Assembly: GCA_035297365.1 (NCBI GenBank)
Contig: DATGZA010000071.1
Coordinates: forward strand, 1 to 21,464
Length of the DNA: 21,464 bases
Origin: Nitrososphaeraceae archaeon
Lineage (GTDB): Archaea > Thermoproteota > Nitrososphaeria > Nitrososphaerales > Nitrososphaeraceae
Reading direction: 5' to 3'
Shown here: positions 10,493 to 18,926 of the stretch, in pieces
Layout of the letters: each line of letters opens with the position of its first letter
Position numbering within the stretch: the stretch's first letter is position 1
Notes under the pieces: model-generated
What the model saw: the letters and a program-made list of their open reading frames with translations, nothing else
The model's database searches: none
Told to the model about the DNA's origin: nothing
Position numbers and translations under genes: made by a program

Positions 10493-10740
10493 CGCTCTTA
10501 TTGACCAATGTTTCGATTATTATTAAAGAAATATGACACACATTCGAGATATTATTATTTTGACCTAATCTATTCCTGATGAAAGTTGGAGTTCATGCAT
10601 AGTTCGAGAGTTTAGAGGGAAGAATATGATATGTCCAAGTTGTTAGTCTTATAACGCAGACTAGGATCGTAACTTCCAGTCATACCAACAGTACTTTTGC
10701 AAGCAATATGAAAGAGATTTCAATGACAAAACAGCAGTTA
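10493..10740 (+). mobile_element. Decayed IS1595-family (ISH4 group) element: left end plus zinc-ribbon portion of the transposase
   Basis: CGCTCTT at 10493-10499 matches the terminal motif I recall for the ISH4 group. ATG 10533 opens a frame with three in-frame stops: MTHIRDIIILT*SIPDESWSSCIVREFRGKNMICPSC*SYNAD*DRNFQSYQQYFCKQYERDFNDKTAV. This matches the ISH4-type CPxC...YQRYxCKxCxRxFNDKTG zinc ribbon. Confidence 0.8.
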
Positions 10741-10976
10741 CGATTCAGATCATTGGATATTCTAACAAATTAGTTTTCTTTATGTTGATTACGATTAGAA
10801 ACGTATAATTATATGGCATTTATTTGTATTAGTAAATTTTCTTTCTAAAAAAGAATATAATTTATTTACAAAAAGAGCAGAAAGAAAACCTGGACTAAAA
10901 AATATGAGATATTGGAACAATTTATAAAAAATCAACGCTTTCTATTCAATATTTTATTTTGCTAGCTTAAACGATT

Positions 10977-11276
10977 TTATTTGTCCAGCATTTTTCTAAT
11001 TTCTTCGACTACCATTTTTTCTTGCATGATTGTGACGTGGATTTCTGATATCATTTTATTTTGGTTTTCAATAATTTCATGAAAGCGAAGATCTTGTCGT
11101 TTGTCTAGTACCATTATTAATAATCCAATTCCTAATGCAATAATTATCTGAATATCGGTATCTTCAATTGTCTCAGGCATATTTGTAAACCATAGTATTA
11201 TTGCTATCATACCCAAGATTGCTAGACCTACAATAACGTAACTCATCTCGTTCATAGCTTTTATTGGGATTATCAT
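10977..11276 (-). CDS. Small membrane protein (2 predicted TM helices plus C-terminal helical tail)
   Basis: 99 aa with hydrophobic segments YVIVGLAILGMIAIILWF and IQIIIALGIGLLIMVL, followed by an amphipathic tail. Confidence 0.75.
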   Translation of the reverse strand: MIIPIKAMNEMSYVIVGLAILGMIAIILWFTNMPETIEDTDIQIIIALGIGLLIMVLDKRQDLRFHEIIENQNKMISEIHVTIMQEKMVVEEIRKMLDK

Positions 11277-11659
11277 ATATTTATAGAATGTATCTTTGTC
11301 AAAAGTAAATTTTTAATAATTCAAATTTGTATATATGTGATTAACTATGCCATTTAAATAATATTTTGAATACTTCGATATTTCAATATAATCGACACTT
11401 GTCTGGGGATTGAAAGGATAGAATCCAAATATCATCTTTTTAATACATTTGATCGTACTTATAACTGGTAACTAATTCTAGAATGTATCCTTGACTAATT
11501 AATTTATGAATTAGGATTGTTCAAATGGTTACCATATTATATTTAGATATCTAGGATTAAATAATTATTGTAAAGAACAACTATTTGTTTCTTTACATTA
11601 TATTTCTAGTAAAATAAAAATTGATTAATAGGATAAAAGGAAAAAAAATCTTACCCTTC

Positions 11660-12022
11660 TTATTGTTCTGTATTCTGTTCTGATGCAGGACTTTCTGTAT
11701 TCTGTTCTGATGCAGGACTTACTATTTCTCCTATAGCATGTCCTCTACCTATCTTTTTAATTTTTATTCTTACATTATCTTCCACTTTAGTTCCATCTAC
11801 AAAAATAACTAAACCTTGGATTCTTGCAATACCTGCATTGCCTTGTCTACTCATTGCTTCAATTTTTACGTCGTACTCTTGATCTATTTCAACTGGAGCA
11901 GGGGGATATCTTCTATATGGAGAAAAACTGCGGTTACCATAACTTCGGTTGGAACCTCCTCCGCCATATGATCCTTCATTACTTCTAACAAAGAACTCTG
12001 TTCTCAAACTTAGATTTTTCAA
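11660..12022 (-). CDS. Single TRAM-domain protein (putative RNA chaperone) with Gly/Arg/Tyr-rich N-terminus
   Basis: 'PAPVEIDQEYDVKIEAMSRQGNAGIARIQGLVIFVDGTKVEDNVRIKIKKIGRGHAIGEIV' is an archaeal stand-alone TRAM domain, preceded by a SYGGGGSNRSYG leader. The start codon is uncertain (TTG 12022). Confidence 0.9.
   Translation of the reverse strand: MKNLSLRTEFFVRSNEGSYGGGGSNRSYGNRSFSPYRRYPPAPVEIDQEYDVKIEAMSRQGNAGIARIQGLVIFVDGTKVEDNVRIKIKKIGRGHAIGEIVSPASEQNTESPASEQNTEQ
11666..11719. repeat. Perfect in-frame tandem duplication, 2 x 27 bp
   Basis: TTCTGTATTCTGTTCTGATGCAGGACT at 11666-11692 and 11693-11719, encoding SPASEQNTE twice on the minus strand. Confidence 0.95.
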
Positions 12023-12301
12023 AGTTAATCATAATAAATATTTGAGATATTTCAACCTTCACTTTTTAAAAAAACCGGTTACTCTCCGGAATAGATAATA
12101 TTATGCCATGTCTGTTATTGATAATCTATTCCTATTTTCTTCAAGGCTACTTCAAATTTTGAAAAAAATTAGCTTTTTATCAACTTTGCATTAATTCTTT
12201 TATTGATCATTTGCATGAATGTGTTCCAAAATCTTCTTTCACGTATAACACCAAAAAAGGTCCTATTATATATGCCCTAATCTTATAATAATACGTTCAT
12301 T

Positions 12302-12610
12302 TTGAATGCAAACAGATATCCAATGAGGGACTGGCATGTCAAAAACATGCAAAATACTATTGTAAAATATTTAACCGGCCTTCCTGAAAATCCAACTCGA
12401 TATCAGAGGATGTTGCACAAAAGATATGGTGGATTGGACAAAGTATGTAATCGAATCAGGTATGATTTGAAACATGGAGTAAAGAATGAAGAAGTTTTCT
12501 CTTTTTTTGACAAGGTAAAAACAGATTCTGATTTTTCTGATCTCCGAAAAATAGATGGATATTCTTTCCGTTTAAATGAGATACAGGAACGTTTTACAGG
12601 AATAACCTGA
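12302..12610 (+). CDS. Hypothetical protein, resembling a thaumarchaeal conserved family
   Basis: 102 aa, TTG start, TATA-like TATTATATAT about 30-38 bp upstream. The motifs 'YPMRDWH' and 'IRYDLKHGV' are recalled from Nitrososphaerota hypotheticals (not searched). Confidence 0.75.
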   Translation: MNANRYPMRDWHVKNMQNTIVKYLTGLPENPTRYQRMLHKRYGGLDKVCNRIRYDLKHGVKNEEVFSFFDKVKTDSDFSDLRKIDGYSFRLNEIQERFTGIT

Positions 12611-12883
12611 CAAAAATCTTTTCTACTATTTTCTTTCACTTATTTTTTAACCCTTTTGTTTTTAGAAATACAGAATTTATCCAAAGCAATTCATTCAAAG
12701 TCATGATAATATTTGACTTAGTATCGGTAAGGAATTATCTATAGAGAAATTTAAACTGTTTCAAAAACTATTCCGTATATTGTATTCAATTATTCTATAA
12801 ATAGACTGATTTGTTCTAATTTTTAATTTTATTTAAAATCTTATCTTTATAATTTGATATTATTTATTAATTTTCAAAAAGAA

Positions 12884-13069
12884 TCATCTTAATAATTGTC
12901 GAGTATCTTTGTCATATGATCTTTTGGATAGGGAAACTTTATCTATCCATTCGCCAATACCTCCCCCACACTTGCTACATTTTAATATAGTCAAGTGGCT
13001 TGATACTTTGAAAACTTCCATTACTTTATTGGTATGAGAATTATTACAACTGCATTCTTGCATTGCCAC
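12884..13069 (-). CDS. Small putative zinc-binding protein (CxC...CxxC)
   Basis: 61 aa from GTG 13069, or 59 aa from ATG 13063. Contains ECSC and KCSKCGG knuckles. Confidence 0.65.
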   Translation of the reverse strand: MAMQECSCNNSHTNKVMEVFKVSSHLTILKCSKCGGGIGEWIDKVSLSKRSYDKDTRQLLR

Positions 13070-13274
13070 AAATTATATATGCTTGCGAATAAAAAAATAA
13101 TTTGATAATCTTCTCTTTATCTATGTAATAAAAGATTTGATTAGAAATAATATATAGGACCAAAAGCAAAAGATATGAAAATTACATTCGAATTTTGTAA
13201 AAAGATATTTCTTCCTTTTACTGGGCCTAATGCAATAATTCAAATATTCTTTAGGAATTAAAATTTTCTAGGAT

Positions 13275-13658
13275 TTGAAAATAATCAATTACCTTATTAT
13301 TTCGGCAATTTTATTAGCCTGTTTGATCATTCTATTCCTTATTTACAAGGAACAAAATAAACCCCCTTATGCGTTAGAAATAGATGCAATTAAGGATAAA
13401 ACTGACATTTCAGGAACTTTTTACAGAGTTAAGGTTTCTAATACTGGTATGCAGCCATTAACAGGTATTGAGGTGATATTAGGAAAGAATGATATCCAGA
13501 GAATGAATATTCTCCAACCAGGAGAATTTTTCTTTTTCTACCCAAGACCGGATACCCAAATCGATGATGTTAAAGTAACTACTAAGGAGGGTATAATTAA
13601 AGAGAGTGAATATCGATCACCCTTAAAAGGTATAGGTTTACCTGGAAGCGGTCGTTAA
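13275..13658 (+). CDS. Membrane-anchored or secreted protein with a small beta-rich (Ig/CARDB-like) domain
   Basis: N-terminal hydrophobic helix YLIISAILLACLIILFLIY. 'YRVKVSNTGMQPLTGIEV...LQPGE' is typical of Ig-like archaeal surface domains. Confidence 0.75.
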   Translation: MKIINYLIISAILLACLIILFLIYKEQNKPPYALEIDAIKDKTDISGTFYRVKVSNTGMQPLTGIEVILGKNDIQRMNILQPGEFFFFYPRPDTQIDDVKVTTKEGIIKESEYRSPLKGIGLPGSGR

Positions 13659-13765
13659 TATTTTTCATGTCCGGTGAATAAAAATGTTACCAAGCTAACA
13701 ACTTCTTTTATTATTTTATTGTTGTTACGATGTAATTCATTTTTTATGATATTTCCATTCGTTTT

Positions 13766-14026
13766 TTACTTGCTCTTTTTTATTATGGGTGTTTTGTTAT
13801 TACCAATGTCATACCCTTTCTGCCTAAGATATTTTAAAGTTAATTTGTAAATGAGTTCATCATGATCTACATATTCAAGTACTTTAGACCATGATATCTC
13901 CTGATTGGTTTCAATTTCTTTAGCTAAGTGTTCTGTAACAGAAACCGCATCCTGTTTGCATTGCTCGAATGTTTTCCCATTTCTATATGCAGTTTTATGA
14001 ATTTTACAGCTATTGTCTTTATTCAT
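13766..14026 (-). CDS. Hypothetical protein
   Basis: 86-aa ATG ORF with a TATA-like CTTAAATAT about 21-29 bp upstream on the minus strand. Composition is typical of a soluble helical protein. Confidence 0.75.
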   Translation of the reverse strand: MNKDNSCKIHKTAYRNGKTFEQCKQDAVSVTEHLAKEIETNQEISWSKVLEYVDHDELIYKLTLKYLRQKGYDIGNNKTPIIKKSK

Positions 14027-14690
14027 ATTATATGAACTCTGTATTGATATTTAAGATACATCTTATTTAATTTGATCTATTCTATCGTAGAATATTATAA
14101 CAACGATACATTATAAATGAAAAGATAATCATTTGCTTTCAAAAATTAACTTTAAATTTTACTCATGCTAGCTATAGCTATTCTAGTACTAAATGAGACT
14201 GGAAAAGAATATTTCATTTAGTTTCTACATTATAGATATGAAATTACATCATATTAGTTCTATACGGATTCTTTGATTTAGGTGGGTTAAATTCAACGTT
14301 TTTTTACCTTACTCCACGGTAGTATAATATTTTTGACAATTTCTATGTCATTTTTTTTATTGTTCAGTTCAAATATTCATTTAGGAGCAAAATATGATAA
14401 AAGGATCATAAACACAATTTTTAAATTCCTTCAGATGATATGACGTCTATAAATACTTATTTAGGTCATATTTTGTTTTTAATTTATTCCTTTGCCAGTT
14501 TACTTTTCTGAAAAGTTATAAATTCATTCACACTTCACAAATTCCTTATAGGTCACACATTTTATTAAAGGTCTAAAAATATAAAATTTAACTATTTTAA
14601 TCTAATTAAAATAATTCAGTATTTGTTGAAAAAAATAATTAGTAGGAATACTTAAGATATATTGACCATTTTCCAAACATCACTGACTCT

Positions 14691-14704
14691 AAAAAGCTTT
14701 TATC
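14691..14704 (+). promoter_or_regulatory. BRE-TATA of the DUF4328 gene
   Basis: AAAAAGC-TTTTATC, with the TATA-like element 22-28 bp upstream of ATG 14726. Confidence 0.5.
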
Positions 14705-14725
14705 TGCCATTTTTTAAGAATAAAT

Positions 14726-15391
14726 ATGAGCTATCCAAATAGACTACATTCCTACGTTCCACTTAATAGGCTTTCTCGGTTTTTAACCATTGTGCTTTGT
14801 ATTGGTATGCTATTTAATCTGATTTCTATAGTAATGAGCATTATTTTATTCACTGCATCAGGAGACGGCAATTTTGGCCTAAATTCAAATACGACTAATG
14901 GCTCTGGTCATGTTTCAATTTTTTCTTCAGATTTTACCTACTTGTATGGCGCCTTATATTCAATGGTATTTCTAACGATATCTATTATCTTTCTATATTG
15001 GTTCTATAGATCTTACAACAATCTTTATTCATTAGAAGTACATGGTCTGAAATTTTCACCAATAAAGGCCGTAGCATATTGTATCATTCCTATTATTAAT
15101 CTCTGGAAACCTTATTACATTATGAAAGAAATTTGGACTTTTAGCCAAGCTACTAGTCTTTCAAATGAATTCTCTTCAGGTTATTCGCACTCTAATGTTA
15201 AACGCTGGTGGGTTTTGTTTCTTTTTTCGATATTTTTTCCTCTCATAGGCGGATCCTTATTTTCGCAACCAATTTCAAACGTTATAACAAATATAGCTTT
15301 AATTTTGGTTTCTGTCATGCTTATTTCAATATCAAGAGAAATAACAATAGGACAAGAAAAAAGATATAATAGTATGAATAATACTCGATAG
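14726..15391 (+). CDS. DUF4328-domain integral membrane protein
   Basis: About 5 hydrophobic helices and the signature 'FLYWFYRSYNNL...FSPIKAVAYCIIPIINLWKPYYIMKEIW...VKRWWVLF'. Confidence 0.82.
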   Translation: MSYPNRLHSYVPLNRLSRFLTIVLCIGMLFNLISIVMSIILFTASGDGNFGLNSNTTNGSGHVSIFSSDFTYLYGALYSMVFLTISIIFLYWFYRSYNNLYSLEVHGLKFSPIKAVAYCIIPIINLWKPYYIMKEIWTFSQATSLSNEFSSGYSHSNVKRWWVLFLFSIFFPLIGGSLFSQPISNVITNIALILVSVMLISISREITIGQEKRYNSMNNTR

Positions 15392-15668
15392 TTCAACAAA
15401 TTAAAAACACGGTATATATTTATCCATAAGTGTCTTTTTTAGTGTAATATACAAATATTGTCAGTTTATTATTAAAGAAAATTAAAGAATCAATTATTAA
15501 TTTATTTTCAGATTATTTTTTGGATTTAATATCTACTTATACATTTGATAAACTTTTCTAGGTGTAAATAGGAATGTAGTATATTTACTAAATTTTTAAA
15601 ATATCTGAATATTTATAGAGAATTTTTTCACAGATTAATCTTACTGTATTCATATAAATGATAATCTA

Positions 15669-15917
15669 TTGTTATTATCTGTGGCGAACAGGTTATCGAT
15701 ATCCGAAGACAACCAAGTATTGAAAAAGATTAGTCCAGAAGCTAGATATCAGGAATATAAATCACAATGGTATTTTCACCAAAGCTCATGGTACAGAAGA
15801 AATAACGGACAGGGGAATTATGATGGAATGGGATGTAATCAATTTACTGGTTGTATACCAGAATGTAAATTTTACAACAGTTTTGGTATGCTGAATGAAC
15901 ATGAAGGCTTTGACTAA
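15669..15917 (+). CDS. Small hypothetical protein with C-terminal Cys cluster
   Basis: 82 aa (TTG start, uncertain), aromatic-rich, with GCNQFTGCIPECKFY. Confidence 0.6.
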   Translation: MLLSVANRLSISEDNQVLKKISPEARYQEYKSQWYFHQSSWYRRNNGQGNYDGMGCNQFTGCIPECKFYNSFGMLNEHEGFD

Positions 15918-16584
15918 AAGACCAGTAATTATGTTAGGATTGTTTAATTATTTTTAATTCTTTTTAATCTTCAAATTTTAGAAAGTACTACTTGTAAAAA
16001 AAGAAATCATTTATGATACTCGACGCAAAATTGACCTTTTTTAACATGGAACGCGAAATGTATGGTAACATACTAAAATATTGGAAATAGTAAATTACAT
16101 GAAAAGAATTATTAAATTCTGTAGAGTTTTCTTTTTTTAGCATCTTCTCACATTTACGTCGTTAATTTTTTGTCTGTTTTGTATTGCTAAAAGAAATATA
16201 TTAGAGATTTCTATGATCAACTCATCTTACTTGTTATAGAGATCTGTTTGTCATGCGATAATTGATATACAAAATAAAATCTATTGAAAATAATTTGCGT
16301 TGACTTTTCGTATAAAAGACCATTTTCGGGATAATGCTTCACCATTCTCTTTCTTGGCTTTCAACTAATATTTAGGATTTTTCAAAAAATAAATTTTATC
16401 ATACATAAATAGCTTTCCTAAAATCTATCTAATGAATATTTCTATGCATTTTATGTTACAATTTTTAGATATAATCACATCTAGATAAATAAAGAAGCTA
16501 CAAAAAAAATGTGCTTTTAAATGTAAAATTTATTTAATATTTTTCATGTATTTTGTAAGACTTTAATGTAAAATATAATTTATT

Positions 16585-16932
16585 TTAGTCGGACCCTTTT
16601 TTTTCTTTTTGAAAGAAAGATTTTGAATAATCTACCCAATATCTGGCCATCCTTTCTGTAATTTTTACAGATTCTTTGTATAATAGATTCATATTTTCAA
16701 CGGTACCTACTAATTCTTTATATAATTCACTCATCCTTTGAGTATTTTTCAGAGATTCTTTCTGTAACTCCCCAATCCGTTGGATGTCTTTTATAAATTC
16801 TCCATATTGTTCCATCCAATTTGTTGAATATTTTTGCCAAAATTCTATCATGGAAGTAAAAGGATTAGGAATAGGACTGTCTATTGACTGTTCGTTATTT
16901 TTTTCATCATTTTTTTTTATTTTACCGGCCAT
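16585..16932 (-). CDS. Amphipathic helical protein with 14-residue repeats
   Basis: ATG 16932 (MAGKIKK..., 115 aa) is preferred over TTG 16965 because a TATA-like CTATAATATT lies about 16-25 bp upstream of it. Four 14-aa repeats. Confidence 0.75.
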   Translation of the reverse strand: MAGKIKKNDEKNNEQSIDSPIPNPFTSMIEFWQKYSTNWMEQYGEFIKDIQRIGELQKESLKNTQRMSELYKELVGTVENMNLLYKESVKITERMARYWVDYSKSFFQKEKKGSD

Positions 16933-17105
16933 GTTCCTGTATGTCAAAATATTATAGACATCCAAGATTTAATTCTTTTTTAAGAAATTAAAATAAATAG
17001 ACGAAAATCATTGCTACGATCTTATTATTTCTTTTGTTGAAGACAATATTAAAAGGTAATTTAAGAGGCCATTTCAGACTACCAAAAACAGATAGTTTCA
17101 TGAAT

Positions 17106-17870
17106 CTAATCTATCCACATATCGATATGTACAAAAGTGTCTGTCTTTTTATCAAATTGACTTATCATTCCATACCCGCTTTTTCCACCAACAAATTCAT
17201 AGGAAAAGTAAAATAATATAAATAGTTCCGATGTTCCTTCTTTTGCCTTTTTTATCATTGCTTCTTTTATGAAAACCCAGTATCTTTTCTCCATACCTGG
17301 AAGGAGAGGTCCAATACTGAATTTATCTATCTTATTTTCTTTATTTTTGCTATCCAAAGAATTGTTTTTCGTGAAGGTTGACACAAAATCTTTTTTCGGG
17401 ATCGAATCTGCTACTATGGAAAATGCTGTAACGTTAGATGCGGGTATTTCTCCAAAATTTTTTATTTTAATAAAATACTGCTTGTTATCATTTTCACTTC
17501 TCATAAATTCTATTCCACCGTGAGGACCTACCCAGGGTCTAAACCTTACTTCTGCTTGTAATTTACTCACTTTAGCTAACTCTGCGAAATCTTTTACCGT
17601 TTTCGCTAAAAGTATGATAATTATTACTTCAAGAAAAATACTTATTACTTCTGCATATTCCTTTATAGTTCCTATTGTTACTCCTTTATCCTGTTCAGAT
17701 TCAGAATACTTAGTTTCCATATTGTCTGGGTTTGTGTTTTCTATTGCCTTGGGTATGTTGTTTTGACCAAAAAGTTCAAGCGGCAACAAAAGAATCAAAA
17801 GTATAGTTGATTGTATAATAATCAAACAAATTAATTTAATCCAATTTATTTGGTTATAGTTAGTAAACAA
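17106..17870 (-). CDS. Membrane protein: signal/TM helix, second TM helix, C-terminal beta-rich domain
   Basis: 254 aa with hydrophobic LICLIIIQSTILLILLLPL and VISIFLEVIIIILLA. These are followed by 'RPWVG...YFIKIKNFGEIPASNV...IGPLLPG', which suggests an Ig-like domain. Confidence 0.8.
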   Translation of the reverse strand: MFTNYNQINWIKLICLIIIQSTILLILLLPLELFGQNNIPKAIENTNPDNMETKYSESEQDKGVTIGTIKEYAEVISIFLEVIIIILLAKTVKDFAELAKVSKLQAEVRFRPWVGPHGGIEFMRSENDNKQYFIKIKNFGEIPASNVTAFSIVADSIPKKDFVSTFTKNNSLDSKNKENKIDKFSIGPLLPGMEKRYWVFIKEAMIKKAKEGTSELFILFYFSYEFVGGKSGYGMISQFDKKTDTFVHIDMWID

Positions 17871-18277
17871 TAGCTTTATTCATTGTTGGTATCAAGTTCG
17901 CTTACTTATTTTTTTCCAAATTTCCTTCAAATCTTTCTTTCTATATCTAAATCGTTTCACGCAGAAAATTCTTAAAATACATGAACGTTGATAGACTGCT
18001 AAAGCATGAAACTATGACAAAAGAACCATCATTTTTATAAAACAATTTTGCTGCTGACTATTTTAATATCGTATTCCACTAAAATATATACAATATACAT
18101 TATCTTTTAGGATGTTTTTATATAATAATGTGAATACCAATCTGGTTTATTTTTTTGGCGTATTTTAATGAATTTTTAATAAATTTATTTATAGATCATA
18201 GTTTGTATACTTTATCATTTTGCATAATTAGAAAGCTATAACCATATTCCTCTTATCTAGGACAATTCGTTATACAT

Positions 18278-18676
18278 TTGCTAAATTATAGCATATTATC
18301 TGAAAAGCCGTTATTGTTAAGGGCTTTTAACTGGATTGCAATTATCGAAATTGATTCAATATACAACAATATATTAGATAAAACATTTATCCAAAAAGAA
18401 GAGAATCAGATATATACATGCGGGAGGAAGACAATTCAAAAATTCAGTAAAGGACGGATTTCTAATAATTCTTGTATATTACAAATCATACACAAGTAAC
18501 CAATTCATTATCATGATTTTTGTTTGACCTAGGTCATAGGAACATATATAGAGATGTACGATATATGAAATTGGTAAAAAGTTATGTTCCACTACCTCCA
18601 AAGTTATACAATTTTACAAGAAGATTAGAAACTTTAGATAAAGGAAGTAGAGATTTGCTTTGGAGGATTTAAAGAT
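18278..18676 (+). pseudogene. Degraded IS5-like (ISL2-type; HTH_Tnp_4/DDE_Tnp_4) transposase, N-terminal part only
   Basis: Stitching frames gives MLNYSILSEKPLLLRAF/TGL...EIDSIYNN.../AGGRQFKNSVKDGFLIILVYYKSYT/SLS*FLFDLGHRNIYRDVRYMKLVKSYVPLPPKLYNFTRRLETL/KEVEICFGGFK. This matches thaumarchaeal transposases of the type 'KPLLFKSFTGL...GAGRPFKL...RFLMLLVYYRLY...GFLFDLDQSNICRDI...EEVEQYFPGF'. It has several frameshifts and one stop, and ends just before the first catalytic Asp. Confidence 0.85.
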
Positions 18677-18896
18677 AGTAAATTATTGAATAAAACATTA
18701 GGAGATGACCGTAGTTAATTACATTGATAATAAAGTGTGTATTTTATCTAATTCCAAAAAGATGTACTGGTATCATATTTTTGATCGAGCCTGTTATATC
18801 TAATTTAAAATCATTATTTTACTATCTGTAAACCCGTAAAAAATATAGCAACCACAATTTTATTTCAAAATTATATTCTTAAAGTAATAACTTAAC

Positions 18897-18904
18897 TATA
18901 AATA
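18897..18904 (+). promoter_or_regulatory. TATA box of the KaiC-like/cyclase gene
   Basis: TATAAATA 23-30 bp upstream of ATG 18927. Confidence 0.6.
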
Positions 18905-18926
18905 TTCAGGTGAATCTCTGATAATT

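Noticed and set aside
11300-11560. CRISPR array around the repeat-like 37-mer
   Set aside because: No second repeat at a 60-80 bp period on either side and no cas genes.
14169-14180. Perfect 12-bp palindrome TAGCTATAGCTA between divergent genes
   Set aside because: A single low-complexity (TAGCTA)2 occurrence far from either predicted promoter; plausible by chance.
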